Positions 18,672 through 29,150 are shown, counted from the stretch's first letter. The stretch is 64,000 nt of DNA from Pelagibacteraceae bacterium (GCA_008638015.1 VTPD01000002.1:7724-71723); one strand, 5' to 3'. The notes: generated by a model from the letters alone, not told the origin. Numbers and translations: made by a program.

Positions 18672-20927
18672 TTAATTGTACAGAAGTCGTTGAATACTAT
18701 TTTTTACAGGTTTTTGATTTAAAACATATTTATAGACATTGATATTTTCAATAACTCGCTGAACGTAATTTCTTGTTTCTAGAAAAGGAATATGTTCAAT
18801 AAAATCCAATGTATCAATCTCCTTTTTTCTAGGATCGCCAAATCTTTTTAGCCACCTGCTTACTCGATGAGGTCCAGCATTATATGCAGCTAACGCTAAG
18901 TAAATATTATTATCAAAATTTTTATACAGTTCAGAAATATAGTAGGTCCCTAGTTGTAAATTATAAAATTCATTTTCTGTTAATTTATCTTTGCTATATG
19001 AAATATTTAATTGCTTACTTAGCAGCTTGCCTGTTGCCGGCATGATTTGCATTAATCCTTTTGCCCCTACATGACTATTTGCTGATCTATCAAATTCACT
19101 TTCCTGTCTAATAAGTGCCAAAATATATTCTTGATCTAAAGTAATATTGCCTTTTACTTCATGAGGAGTTTCAATTATGGGGTAGTTTAAATCTAATAAA
19201 TTTATACCTTCATATGAGGCTTGTTTTGCTATTTGAATTGAATAATCTAATCGTTCAACTTTTTGGGATAGTGTTCCTGCAAAAATTCTATTTTCTAGTT
19301 TAGTATCCTCGCCGCCAATGTGTTTAATGAAGTCTTTTGATCTTTTGGTTTCATCCAGTTCATTAAGCAAAATAATTACTTTGGCTAGATCTGTTTTTAA
19401 AAACTTATTATATTTATCTTTATCTAGTTTGTAGTCATTTCGTATTGAAATTTTTTCTTTTCCAATTTTGTTTAGAGCCAATTGTCCATAAAAAGTAGTG
19501 GTATGAATTGCTGCAATTTCATACCATTTGAAGGCTTCATCTTTTTTTCCTAATTTTTCATAGCTTTTACCCAGCCAAAAAGCTCCTCTTGATCTGCTAA
19601 TTGGATATCCAACAGAATCGTACATAGTTTTAAAATGAGCTATAGCTTCATCTGCTTTGTTTAAAAAACTTAAAGCAAGCCACCCAGCATGCCATTCTGC
19701 ATCAGCCAGTTCTGCTTTTTCCGTTATTCCATGGTTTGTTAGTAACCGGTATGCTTCTTCATATTTTTTTTGATCAATTTTTTTTCTAGCAATTATTAGT
19801 TTTTCTTTAAACCATAATTCGGGTTTAACTAATTTTTCAGGTTCATTAGTGTAGATATTAATTATTTCTAATGCAGAATCGTATCTTCCTCTTTTTCTTC
19901 TCCATTTCATCCTGTCGTATTGCAATCCCACATTTGAAATCATATTTTTTGGCACTTTGTTAATTGCACTGTCTACTCCATATGATCTAGTCATTAATGA
20001 AAATCGTGCAAAATAAAGTTCCTTATAATTTTTTGGTAGATAGGGGATGGTTTTTTTTAATTCCCAATATTCATTTTCCCAAGCCATGTATTCTGCTCTT
20101 TTTATGAAGTCTTCTGAAGTTAAAATATATTTATATTTTTTGCTGACATAGCTAAAATCATCTTTTGACAAAAAAGCTTTAACAAAACCCTCTTTTATCA
20201 ATTGTTTTGCCATTGTTTCTTTGCCGGCTATGAGTAATGCTTCTCCATATTTCATTTCTCCATATCCACTGAAAGGTTGCTTTGATTTAAAAAAATTAAT
20301 TACGTGAGCTGGGGCAACTTCTTTGAAGTCAATTTTATGCTCAGCTAAATAACGAAGGCGATCAATTCTTGGCCAATTATTATTTTTATCTATGAATGCA
20401 ACATAGTCATAGAATGAAGCGTTGTTATTAGATTCAATTAAGTAATTCCAATCTACTAATTTTGTTATAATTGGGTCAGATGCTTTTTGTGCTTCATTAA
20501 AAGCTAATTTCCAATTATTTCTTTTTATATAATTAAAAATTTTTTGAGCGATTTTAAAATCTTTTTCATTAATTATTTTTGACGAGGTTTTTTTTATGCC
20601 TAAGTCGATAGGTTTTTCAGGAGGTAAAATTCCTTCAATATTTGAAATTTCTATTTTAGTATTAATTTCTTTTTGATTGTTGTTAGTTTCTTTTTTTATA
20701 ATTTCTTTTTTTTCAATTATTTTTTCTGGTTTTTTATTTTCAATTTTTTTTTCAATTATAATTTCACTTGGCGACGCAATTTTTTTTGGATCTATATTTT
20801 TATCAATATTACTCGTATTAATTAAATTTTTTGGTTTTTCTTTTGGTTCAATTAAGCCTGAATAAGCTGTATTTACAAAACAAAACGTTAATAACAACGT
20901 TATTAATAAATTTTTGAGGATTTTCAT
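18672..20927 (-). CDS. slt: Soluble lytic murein transglycosylase (Slt family)
   Basis: ALIRQESEF, GAKGLMQIMPATG, AAYNAGPHRV, PFLETRNYVQRV; signal peptide; superhelical N-terminal region. Confidence 0.93.
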   Translation of the reverse strand: MKILKNLLITLLLTFCFVNTAYSGLIEPKEKPKNLINTSNIDKNIDPKKIASPSEIIIEKKIENKKPEKIIEKKEIIKKETNNNQKEINTKIEISNIEGILPPEKPIDLGIKKTSSKIINEKDFKIAQKIFNYIKRNNWKLAFNEAQKASDPIITKLVDWNYLIESNNNASFYDYVAFIDKNNNWPRIDRLRYLAEHKIDFKEVAPAHVINFFKSKQPFSGYGEMKYGEALLIAGKETMAKQLIKEGFVKAFLSKDDFSYVSKKYKYILTSEDFIKRAEYMAWENEYWELKKTIPYLPKNYKELYFARFSLMTRSYGVDSAINKVPKNMISNVGLQYDRMKWRRKRGRYDSALEIINIYTNEPEKLVKPELWFKEKLIIARKKIDQKKYEEAYRLLTNHGITEKAELADAEWHAGWLALSFLNKADEAIAHFKTMYDSVGYPISRSRGAFWLGKSYEKLGKKDEAFKWYEIAAIHTTTFYGQLALNKIGKEKISIRNDYKLDKDKYNKFLKTDLAKVIILLNELDETKRSKDFIKHIGGEDTKLENRIFAGTLSQKVERLDYSIQIAKQASYEGINLLDLNYPIIETPHEVKGNITLDQEYILALIRQESEFDRSANSHVGAKGLMQIMPATGKLLSKQLNISYSKDKLTENEFYNLQLGTYYISELYKNFDNNIYLALAAYNAGPHRVSRWLKRFGDPRKKEIDTLDFIEHIPFLETRNYVQRVIENINVYKYVLNQKPVKNSIQRLLYN

Positions 20928-20988
20928 AATCTACTTAATTAATTTTTGTTTTGTGTTATAGATTTCTCTAAATATACAAGATTTTATT

Positions 20989-21861
20989 ATGTTTAAAGGT
21001 TCAATTACAGCTTTAGTTACTCCATTTAAAAATAATAAATTAGATGAAGATAGCTACGAAAAATTTATCGAATTTCAAATTTCTAATGGAACTAATGGAA
21101 TTGTTCCAGGAGGTACGACAGGAGAATCGCCAACTTTAGAGTATTTTGAACATAAAAAAATAATTGAAATTGCAGTTAAAGTTTCAAATGGAAGAATTCC
21201 TGTTATTGCTGGCACAGGTTCAAATTCTACTAAAGAGGCAATTGAGCTAACCAAATTTGCTGAAAACGCAAAAGCTGATGCAGCTTTGATAGTTACTCCA
21301 TACTACAATAAGCCAACTCAGGAGGGTTTGTACCAGCATTATAAAGCAATCAATGACAACTGCGGAATACCAATTATTATTTATAATATTCCTGGAAGAT
21401 CTGTTGTTGATATGAGCGTAGATACAATGGCAAGATTATTTGAGCTTAAAAACATTGTAGGGGTAAAAGATGCAACAGGAGACCTGGACCGCGCAACTGC
21501 ACAAAAAAATAAAATGGGTGATGAATTTATTATGTTAACAGGTAACGATGAAAATGCATACGAATTTAACAAAAGAGGAGGGGTAGGCTGTATTTCTGTT
21601 TCGTCTAATGTTGCTCCAAAAATGTGTTCTGAATTTCAAAAATTTTCCAATAATGGAAATGATATTGAAGCAAAAAAATTATTCGATCAATTATTAGAAT
21701 TGCATCATGTCATGTTTGTTGAGAGTAATCCTGTCCCAGCAAAATATTCACTAAGTTTATTAAAACTTATGGAAGAAGATGTGCGCTTACCATTAGTTAC
21801 TGCGACAGAAGATTCTAAAAATAAAATAAGAAATATTTTAAAAAAAACCTCAATCATTTAA
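20989..21861 (+). CDS. dapA: 4-hydroxy-tetrahydrodipicolinate synthase
   Basis: GTTGESPTL, TPYYNKP, YNIPGRS, GVKDATG. Confidence 0.97.
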   Translation: MFKGSITALVTPFKNNKLDEDSYEKFIEFQISNGTNGIVPGGTTGESPTLEYFEHKKIIEIAVKVSNGRIPVIAGTGSNSTKEAIELTKFAENAKADAALIVTPYYNKPTQEGLYQHYKAINDNCGIPIIIYNIPGRSVVDMSVDTMARLFELKNIVGVKDATGDLDRATAQKNKMGDEFIMLTGNDENAYEFNKRGGVGCISVSSNVAPKMCSEFQKFSNNGNDIEAKKLFDQLLELHHVMFVESNPVPAKYSLSLLKLMEEDVRLPLVTATEDSKNKIRNILKKTSII

Positions 21862-22335
21862 ATGGCACCAAAAAATAAACCTGTAGACAACATTGTTTGT
21901 CATAACAGAAAAGCATCTTTTAATTATTTTTTTGAAGATTTGTATGAAGCTGGAATAGAATTAGTTGGTTCTGAAGTGAAATCTTTAAGATTGGGAAAAG
22001 GTAATATTTCTGAATCGTATGCTATTGATCAAGAAGGCGAAATATTTTTGTTTAATTCTTACATACCCTCGTATTTGCAATCTAGCTATAATAATCATGA
22101 CCCAAGAAGATTAAGAAAACTTTTATTAAAAAAAAAAGAAATTAATAAATTAATAGGAAAGTTAAATAGAGATGGATACAGTCTTGTTCCCACTAGATTA
22201 TATTTTAATAAAAAAGGTATAGCCAAACTTCAAATTGCCCTTGGTAAAGGTAAAAAAAATTTCGATAAAAGAAATGTTAAGAAAAAAAGAGACTGGGAAA
22301 GAGAAAAATCACGCGTGCTAAGAAAAACTAGTTAA
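21862..22335 (+). CDS. smpB: SsrA-binding protein
   Basis: [42 protein letters not shown]. Confidence 0.97.
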   Translation: MAPKNKPVDNIVCHNRKASFNYFFEDLYEAGIELVGSEVKSLRLGKGNISESYAIDQEGEIFLFNSYIPSYLQSSYNNHDPRRLRKLLLKKKEINKLIGKLNRDGYSLVPTRLYFNKKGIAKLQIALGKGKKNFDKRNVKKKRDWEREKSRVLRKTS

Positions 22336-22847
22336 TGATATATTCAGTTTATCTTTCTTTTGGCTCAAATCTTAGTTCTAAATTTGGATCTCCAGTTGAT
22401 AATATAAAACAGGCATATTTAGAGTTATTAAAATATGGATTTAAAATTAAAAAAAAATCTTCATTTTATAAAAGTGTTGCTTATCCAAATGCCAATGACC
22501 CGGAATTTATTAATAGCGTTGTAAGCATTACATGTCATCTTGAAGTAGAGCAATTATTAAAAATTATATTAAAAATTGAAAAAAAATTTGGAAGAATAAG
22601 AAATAAAAAAAACGAACCTAGAATATTAGATATTGATATTATTGATTTTAATTCAAAAAAACTATCTATCAAAAATGGTAATTTAAATTTAAAAATACCT
22701 CATGAGCATTTAGAAAGAAGGCTTTTTGTTCTTCATCCTTTAAGAGAAATAAACCCTAATTGGCAATCACCCACAAATAGTAAAAAAATTAGCTTAATTA
22801 TTGCTAAGAATAAAATTAATAAAGACAATAAGATTACTAAGCTTTAG
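22335..22847 (+). CDS. folK: 2-amino-4-hydroxy-6-hydroxymethyldihydropteridine diphosphokinase
   Basis: YLSFGSNL, FINSV, EKKFGRIR, PRILDIDII, IPH. Confidence 0.93.
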   Translation: MIYSVYLSFGSNLSSKFGSPVDNIKQAYLELLKYGFKIKKKSSFYKSVAYPNANDPEFINSVVSITCHLEVEQLLKIILKIEKKFGRIRNKKNEPRILDIDIIDFNSKKLSIKNGNLNLKIPHEHLERRLFVLHPLREINPNWQSPTNSKKISLIIAKNKINKDNKITKL

Positions 22848-22868
22848 TTTTTTGATATAGTTTAACTA

Positions 22869-24569
22869 ATGTTAAATGAGCAACAATTAATTAATAAGAT
22901 CAAAGTATATAATAATTTTATTGATGTAGATAAATTAAAAAAAGCATATGAATTTGCTGAAAGTGCGCATGCAACTCAAAAAAGACATTCTGGAGATCCT
23001 TACATCAGCCATCCTATCGCAGTAGCAAACATTCTTGCAGAATTACGTCTTGATGGTCCAACAATAACAACAGCACTCCTTCATGATACAATTGAAGATA
23101 CAAATATTACTTATCAAGATGTTGAAACTAAATTCGGCAAAGAAATTGCAGATTTAGTTGATGGTGTAACGAAATTATCAAAACTAGAAAATCAGGGTAA
23201 AGAAATAACTCTTGGAGAGAATTTTAGAAAATTAATATTAGCAACGGCAAAAGATATAAGAGTTTTATTAGTAAAACTTGCTGATCGATTACATAATATG
23301 AGAACAATTAGCTCTATTTCTTCTGATGAAAAAAGGATCAGAATTGCAAAAGAAACTATGGAAATTTATTCACCTTTAGCTGAAAGACTTGGAATGCATA
23401 GTATTAGAGATGAATTGGAAGATTTAGCTTTTAATGTTTTGAATACAGAAGCTAGATCAATGATTGTTGATAGAATAGAAAAAATTGCACCAAACACACA
23501 AATTTTATTTGAAGAGATCTCAAATGATATTTTAAGTTTATTAAGTGCAAATAAAGTCTTTGGAAAAATCACAGGCAGGGAAAAAACGCCTTTTTCTATT
23601 TGGAGAAAAATACAGTCTAAAAGAGTTTCTTTAGAGCAAATAACAGATCTGATTGGCTTTCGAATAATTTTAGATAGCGTCGATGATTGTTATAAAGTGT
23701 TAGGAATTTTTCATCAAAAATGGAAAATGATACCAGGTAGATTTAAAGATTATATATCAACGCCAAAATCAAATAATTATAGATCCTTGCATACAACTGT
23801 GATTGGACCAAAAAATCAAAGAATGGAAATACAAATTCGTACATCTAAGATGCAAGATTTTGCTGAAAGAGGTATTGCTTCTCATTGGATATATAAAGAT
23901 AATGAAAAGTTCGATCAATCTACTTTGCGGAGCTATAATGGTTTACAAGATTTAGTTGAACTACTTGAAAGTGGAGAAAATCCAGAACATTATCTTGAGT
24001 ATACTAAGTTACAATTATTCCAGGACCAAGTTTTTTGCTTTACACCAAAAGGCGCTGTTGTAAGACTTCCTAGCAACGCTACCCCTATAGATTTTGCTTA
24101 TGCCGTTCATTCTGATGTGGGTGATACTTGTATTGGTGTAAAAATTAATGGAAAAGAATCTCCTTTACAGACTACGTTAACAAATGGAGATCAAGTAGAA
24201 ATAGTTACATCCAATAAAAAATCTCCATCCATGCACTGGCTTTCTTTCGCAAAAACTGGAAAAGCTAGAGCTGCTATTAGAAAGTATTGGCACGATAAAA
24301 TGCCAGTTAACAAAGAAAGCAAAATTCACAAAAGTAGCATCTGGGTTTTGTTGAGTCATAAAGCCGGCACATTAGGAGAAATTTGCTCGTTAATAGGAAA
24401 AAATAAATGCAACATATTTAACGTTGAATTGGTTGATAAAAAAGAAGATTTCTTGAGCTTTATATTTGATATCGAAATAAAAAATTTAAAAGATTTTACT
24501 AACTTAATTTCTGAACTAAAGTTAAGATCTTTAAATTTTAAAATAATAAGAAATAGAAAGAAAAGTTAA
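22869..24569 (+). CDS. spoT: Bifunctional (p)ppGpp synthetase/hydrolase, shortened long-RSH
   Basis: HD motif LLHDTIED, GRFKDY, YRSLHTTV, EIQIRT, TGS (FTPKG...DFAYAVH), C-terminal ACT-like region. Confidence 0.95.
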   Translation: MLNEQQLINKIKVYNNFIDVDKLKKAYEFAESAHATQKRHSGDPYISHPIAVANILAELRLDGPTITTALLHDTIEDTNITYQDVETKFGKEIADLVDGVTKLSKLENQGKEITLGENFRKLILATAKDIRVLLVKLADRLHNMRTISSISSDEKRIRIAKETMEIYSPLAERLGMHSIRDELEDLAFNVLNTEARSMIVDRIEKIAPNTQILFEEISNDILSLLSANKVFGKITGREKTPFSIWRKIQSKRVSLEQITDLIGFRIILDSVDDCYKVLGIFHQKWKMIPGRFKDYISTPKSNNYRSLHTTVIGPKNQRMEIQIRTSKMQDFAERGIASHWIYKDNEKFDQSTLRSYNGLQDLVELLESGENPEHYLEYTKLQLFQDQVFCFTPKGAVVRLPSNATPIDFAYAVHSDVGDTCIGVKINGKESPLQTTLTNGDQVEIVTSNKKSPSMHWLSFAKTGKARAAIRKYWHDKMPVNKESKIHKSSIWVLLSHKAGTLGEICSLIGKNKCNIFNVELVDKKEDFLSFIFDIEIKNLKDFTNLISELKLRSLNFKIIRNRKKS

Positions 24570-25150
24570 TGCTATCAGAAGAAGAAGTAAAAAACTTATT
24601 AGTAGAAACAGAAGCTTTGCTTGAAGGACATTTTATTTTATCTTCTGGGTTGAGAAGTGACAAATATGTTCAATGTGCAAAATTACTTATGCACCCTGAT
24701 AAATCTGAAAAAATTTGCAATTCTCTTTCTAAAAAAATTAAAAAAGAAAATCTTGATTTTGATATTGTTGTATCACCAGCTATTGGTGGAATAGTAGCGG
24801 GCTATGAAGTGGCACGAAGCCTTAAAGTACCATGCATATTTACAGAGAGGGTTAATGGCATATTTACTTTACGAAGGGGATTTGACGTTAGAAAATTTAA
24901 GAGGGCATTGATTGTTGAAGATGTTATAACAACAGGTAAATCAAGCATTGAATGTGCAGATGCAATTAAAAAATTAGGATGTGAGATATCAGGTTTTGCA
25001 TGCATTATTGATAGATCAAGTGGAAAATCATTAATTAAGCACAAAATTATATCTGAAATTAGTTTTGATATTCCTACATATGAACCAAATCAAATTCCTG
25101 ATTATTTAAAGAAAATTAATCCAATCAAGCCAGGCAGTCGAGATATTTAA
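24569..25150 (+). CDS. pyrE: Orotate phosphoribosyltransferase
   Basis: GHFILSSG, PAIGGIV, IVEDVITTGKS. Confidence 0.96.
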   Translation: MLSEEEVKNLLVETEALLEGHFILSSGLRSDKYVQCAKLLMHPDKSEKICNSLSKKIKKENLDFDIVVSPAIGGIVAGYEVARSLKVPCIFTERVNGIFTLRRGFDVRKFKRALIVEDVITTGKSSIECADAIKKLGCEISGFACIIDRSSGKSLIKHKIISEISFDIPTYEPNQIPDYLKKINPIKPGSRDI

Positions 25151-25155
25151 TCTAA

Positions 25156-25881
25156 ATGAAACGAAAGCTTGGAGTAAATATTGATCATATTGCAACAATA
25201 AGAAATGCTAGGGGAGAAGGTTACCCAGATGTTCTTCAAGGAGCGATAATGGCAATTAAATCTGGAGCAGATGCAATTACTATTCATCTAAGAGAGGATC
25301 GGCGTCATATTAAAGAAAATGATGTTATTTTATTAAAAAAAAAACTTAAACGACCAATTAATTTAGAAATGGCGATGACAAGCAAAATGATACGTTTTGC
25401 TAAAAAAATAAAACCTCAATACGTTTGTATTGTCCCTGAAAAAAGAGAAGAGCTAACAACTGAGGGTGGTTTAAATTTAAAGCATAATCAAATATTTTTA
25501 AAAAAAGGTATCAATCAATTAAAAAAACTTGGTATCAAAATTTCATTGTTTATCAATCCTGCTATTGAAGATGTAAAAATTGCAAAAAAATTAAATGCAG
25601 ATAATATCGAATTACATACTGGAACTTTTTGTAATCAACTAAAACTAAAAAATAAAAAAAAAATTAATAGTGAATTTTTAAAATTAAAAAAATCAGCAAT
25701 CTATGCTTCAAAATTGAGTTTAGGTGTGCATTGTGGTCATGGGCTAAATTATCAATCAACTAAACTTATAAAAAAAATTAAACAAATATCCGAATATAAT
25801 ATTGGTCATTTTATTATATCTGAATCTATTTTTTTTGGTTTAGATAAAGTTATAAAAAAATTTATACGTATTTTAAAATAA
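25156..25881 (+). CDS. pdxJ: Pyridoxine 5'-phosphate synthase
   Basis: LGVNIDHIATIRNARG, HLREDRRHI, VPEKREELTTEGG, ELHTG, NIGH. Confidence 0.97.
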   Translation: MKRKLGVNIDHIATIRNARGEGYPDVLQGAIMAIKSGADAITIHLREDRRHIKENDVILLKKKLKRPINLEMAMTSKMIRFAKKIKPQYVCIVPEKREELTTEGGLNLKHNQIFLKKGINQLKKLGIKISLFINPAIEDVKIAKKLNADNIELHTGTFCNQLKLKNKKKINSEFLKLKKSAIYASKLSLGVHCGHGLNYQSTKLIKKIKQISEYNIGHFIISESIFFGLDKVIKKFIRILK

Positions 25882-26247
25882 ATGAAAATTTTTGGGATAG
25901 GTACAGATATAGTAAATATAAAAAGAATAGAAAAAATATTAATTAAACAAAAAAAAATTTTTATTAATAAAATCTTTACAAAAAAAGAATTGAATCAACT
26001 AAATCTACAATCTAAAAGCCTAGCATCCTCAATTGCTAAAAAATTTGCAGCCAAAGAAGCCTTTGCTAAAGCATTTGGCACAGGTTTTGGTAAAGATTTG
26101 TCTTTTAAGGATATAGAAATATTTAATAAAAAATCCGGTCAACCATACATTCAAACGAATAAAAAAAAATTTTCTAAATTTAAATACAAATTAAGTTTGT
26201 CGGACGATTACCCTTGGGCTATAGCGTTTGCTATTATAATAAAATGA
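25882..26247 (+). CDS. acpS: Holo-ACP synthase
   Basis: GIGTDIV, FAAKEAFAKAFGTG, LSLSDD. Confidence 0.96.
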   Translation: MKIFGIGTDIVNIKRIEKILIKQKKIFINKIFTKKELNQLNLQSKSLASSIAKKFAAKEAFAKAFGTGFGKDLSFKDIEIFNKKSGQPYIQTNKKKFSKFKYKLSLSDDYPWAIAFAIIIK

Positions 26248-26969
26248 TAAAAACAATTATTGAAAATATTAAGACAATTATAGTTGCACTTGTTCTTGCT
26301 ATTATAATTCGCTCACTGTTATTGCAGCCATTTTACATACCATCTTCTTCTATGGAAAGTACTTTATTAGTAGGAGATAGATTATTTGTTACAAAGTATT
26401 CATATGGCTACAGTAAGCACTCCTTTCCTTTTAGTCCCAATGTTTTTAATGGAAGATTTTTATTTTCTAAGCCATCTAGAGGTGATGTGGTAGTTTTTAA
26501 AACACCTTCTGATAATAGAACAGATTATATAAAAAGATTAATAGGTATACCTGGAGATGAAGTACAATTTATAAAAGGTGATTTGTATTTAAATAAAAAA
26601 AAAATAAATAAACAATTTGTAAAAAAAAGCGTTATAAATTGTGGAAATTATAAGTTTGAAGTTAATCTTTATAATGAAGAAATAGATAGTAATGCAATTT
26701 ATCAAATTGCTTATTCAACTCAAAATTCAATGTCGGATACAGAGAAATTTGTCGTACCAAAAGACCATTATTTTTTTTTAGGTGATAACAGGGATTGTTC
26801 AAAAGATAGTCGATTTTTATCTAGTGTTGGTTATGTGTCACAAGAAAATTTGGTTGGCAAAGCTCGTTTTTTATTTTTTTCTAATGAAGCAGAAATTGGA
26901 AATTTTTTTACTTTTTGGAAGTGGCATAAATCAATACGTTTTGAGAGAATTTTAAGAAAAATTAATTAA
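26244..26969 (+). CDS. lepB: Signal peptidase I
   Basis: FYIPSSSMESTL, YIKRLIG, GDNRDCSKDSR; start revised to ATG 26244 (ATGA overlap with acpS). Confidence 0.96.
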   Translation: MIKTIIENIKTIIVALVLAIIIRSLLLQPFYIPSSSMESTLLVGDRLFVTKYSYGYSKHSFPFSPNVFNGRFLFSKPSRGDVVVFKTPSDNRTDYIKRLIGIPGDEVQFIKGDLYLNKKKINKQFVKKSVINCGNYKFEVNLYNEEIDSNAIYQIAYSTQNSMSDTEKFVVPKDHYFFLGDNRDCSKDSRFLSSVGYVSQENLVGKARFLFFSNEAEIGNFFTFWKWHKSIRFERILRKIN

Positions 26970-27643
26970 TGGAAGAGAATGTTGTAAAAAAAATTGAAAA
27001 AATTTTAGAGGTAAAATTTTCAAATAAAGATTTTTTACAAAAAGCATTTATTCATAAAAGTATATCCAAACTTTCGAATGCGAATAATGAAAGACTGGAG
27101 TTTGTTGGGGATAGAGTTTTGGGATTAACCTTGTCTAACGAACTTTTAAAGCTTTACCCCAATGACACTGAGGGTGATTTAGACAAAAAACTTGCATCAC
27201 TAGTTAACAAACAGGCATGTGCTGAAGTTATTGAAGATTATAAGTTGGGTAAATTTTTAGTTCTTAGTAGCTCTCAAAAAAAAAATAAAGTTGGTCATAA
27301 GAAAATTTATGGCGATCTATGCGAAAGTTTAATTGGTGCTGTATTCATTGATCAAGGTTATGAAGTTGCAAATAAATTTGTTTTGAGACTTTGGAAAAAA
27401 AAGTTAAAAAAATCTGAAAATATTAACATTGATGCAAAAACTAAATTACAAGAATACTCATTAAAAAAATATAAAACTTTACCAATTTATAAAAATTTAT
27501 CTAACGATGGACCTTCTCACAAGCCAATTTTTAAAGTTTCAGTTAAAATAACTGATAGCAAAGTTTTTATTGGTGAGGGTTTATCTAAAAAAAAAGCAGA
27601 ACAATCAGCTGCTCTACAGCTTATTAGTAGTATAAAAATATGA
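26969..27643 (+). CDS. rnc: Ribonuclease III
   Basis: NERLEFVGD, DLCESLIGA, dsRBD with KTKLQEY. Confidence 0.96.
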   Translation: MEENVVKKIEKILEVKFSNKDFLQKAFIHKSISKLSNANNERLEFVGDRVLGLTLSNELLKLYPNDTEGDLDKKLASLVNKQACAEVIEDYKLGKFLVLSSSQKKNKVGHKKIYGDLCESLIGAVFIDQGYEVANKFVLRLWKKKLKKSENINIDAKTKLQEYSLKKYKTLPIYKNLSNDGPSHKPIFKVSVKITDSKVFIGEGLSKKKAEQSAALQLISSIKI

Positions 27644-28467
27644 CAACTAAATTTGGCTATGTTGCTATTTCAGGACCCACTAATTCTGGTAAGTCTACTT
27701 TATTAAATACTATATTTGGTAAAAAAATATCTATTGTTTCGCATAAAGTGCAAACAACAACAAAATCCTTAGATGCTGTAAAAAATATAAACAAAACTCA
27801 GATTGTATTTATAGATACCCCAGGTTTTTATGAGAAAAAATTTGATGCAAATTATTTTAAAGATGTGCTTGGAAGTATTAGTAGAGCAAATATTTTAATA
27901 ATTGTCCTCGATGCAACATCTAGATTTGAATATTTAGACCAAATTGAAAAAATCATAAAAAATTTTAAAAATAAAAAATTTTTAATTATTAATAAAATTG
28001 ATTTAGTTGATAACGATTATATTTTAAAAAAAATAAGCCAGATTTCTTATATTAATTTTTTTGATCACATTTTTTATGTTTCAGCTTTAAAGAAAAAAAA
28101 CATTGATATTGTAATAAAAAAAATTGAAGATTTGCTACCAAGTGGAGAATGGCTGTTTAGCAAAAATACACTAACCAACATTAGCAAGCAGGAATTTTTG
28201 GAGGAAATTACAAGAGAATCAATATTAAAATATTTAAATCAAGAAATTCCCTATAATATTTCTATTACTACCGATCAAATAACAAAAAAAAAATCTTATA
28301 ATATTTATCAAAAAATTAATGTTTCTACCTTGAGTCATAAAAAAATTATTTTAGGTAAAGATGGTAGAGCTATAAAACTAATTGGATCTTATGCTAGATT
28401 GCAAATGGAAAAGATCCTTAGATATAAATGTAACCTTTTTTTAAAAGTAATTATGAAAAAAAAATGA
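27640..28467 (+). CDS. era: GTPase Era
   Basis: GPTNSGKST, QTT, DTPG, NKID, EIPY, ILGKDG. Confidence 0.95.
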   Translation: MTTKFGYVAISGPTNSGKSTLLNTIFGKKISIVSHKVQTTTKSLDAVKNINKTQIVFIDTPGFYEKKFDANYFKDVLGSISRANILIIVLDATSRFEYLDQIEKIIKNFKNKKFLIINKIDLVDNDYILKKISQISYINFFDHIFYVSALKKKNIDIVIKKIEDLLPSGEWLFSKNTLTNISKQEFLEEITRESILKYLNQEIPYNISITTDQITKKKSYNIYQKINVSTLSHKKIILGKDGRAIKLIGSYARLQMEKILRYKCNLFLKVIMKKK

Positions 28468-29150
28468 TTTGGAAAGACACTGGATATTTAGTTAAATTAA
28501 CTAATTTTTCTGAAAATTCTGCAGTACTCACTTTTCTTACCCATAATCATGGTTTGCACAATGGCGTAGTTTACGGCGCTAATTCTAAGAAGAAAAAAAA
28601 TTACCTACAAATTGGTAATAAATTTACATTAAATTGGAAGTCTAAATCTGAAGATTCAATGGGATATTATAATTTAGAATTAGAAAATTCTAATGCTGCG
28701 CAGTATTTTGATAATCCTAGTAAGTTGTTATTCATACTTTCTATTTCTGAAATATGCTGCAAAGTTTTAGCTGAACGATATGATTATAACTCTTTATATG
28801 AATTTACTGATTTTTTTTTTAAAAATATTATTTCGAAACATGCTCATAAATTTTATATAGAATGGGAAATGGAACTATTAAAAGCCGCTGGATATGAAAT
28901 AAATATAAATAATGATAATTTTAATTTTTCTAAGAATCAAAATAATGAATGGTTACTTCATATAGATGAAAAAAAATTTTTTTATCCTAATTTTTTAATT
29001 GACAGTTCAGAAGATTATACGGATAGAGATCTATATAATGGCTTGTTAATAAGTAAGTTTATTTTAAATAAATTTATTTTTGAGCCAAATAAAATTCGAT
29101 TTCCAATTGTAAGAAATAGATTAGAAAAAATGCTACATGACAAAATTTAA
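28464..29150 (+). CDS. recO: DNA repair protein RecO
   Basis: MIWKDTG...ENSAVLTFLTHNHG OB-fold start; era-recO-parC synteny. Confidence 0.85.
   Translation: MIWKDTGYLVKLTNFSENSAVLTFLTHNHGLHNGVVYGANSKKKKNYLQIGNKFTLNWKSKSEDSMGYYNLELENSNAAQYFDNPSKLLFILSISEICCKVLAERYDYNSLYEFTDFFFKNIISKHAHKFYIEWEMELLKAAGYEININNDNFNFSKNQNNEWLLHIDEKKFFYPNFLIDSSEDYTDRDLYNGLLISKFILNKFIFEPNKIRFPIVRNRLEKMLHDKI

Noticed and set aside
22128-25344. Poly-A tracts of 10 nt in smpB (22128-22137) and pdxJ (25335-25344) as phase-variation sites
   Set aside because: Frames are intact, the genes are housekeeping, and Lys-codon runs are common throughout this sequence
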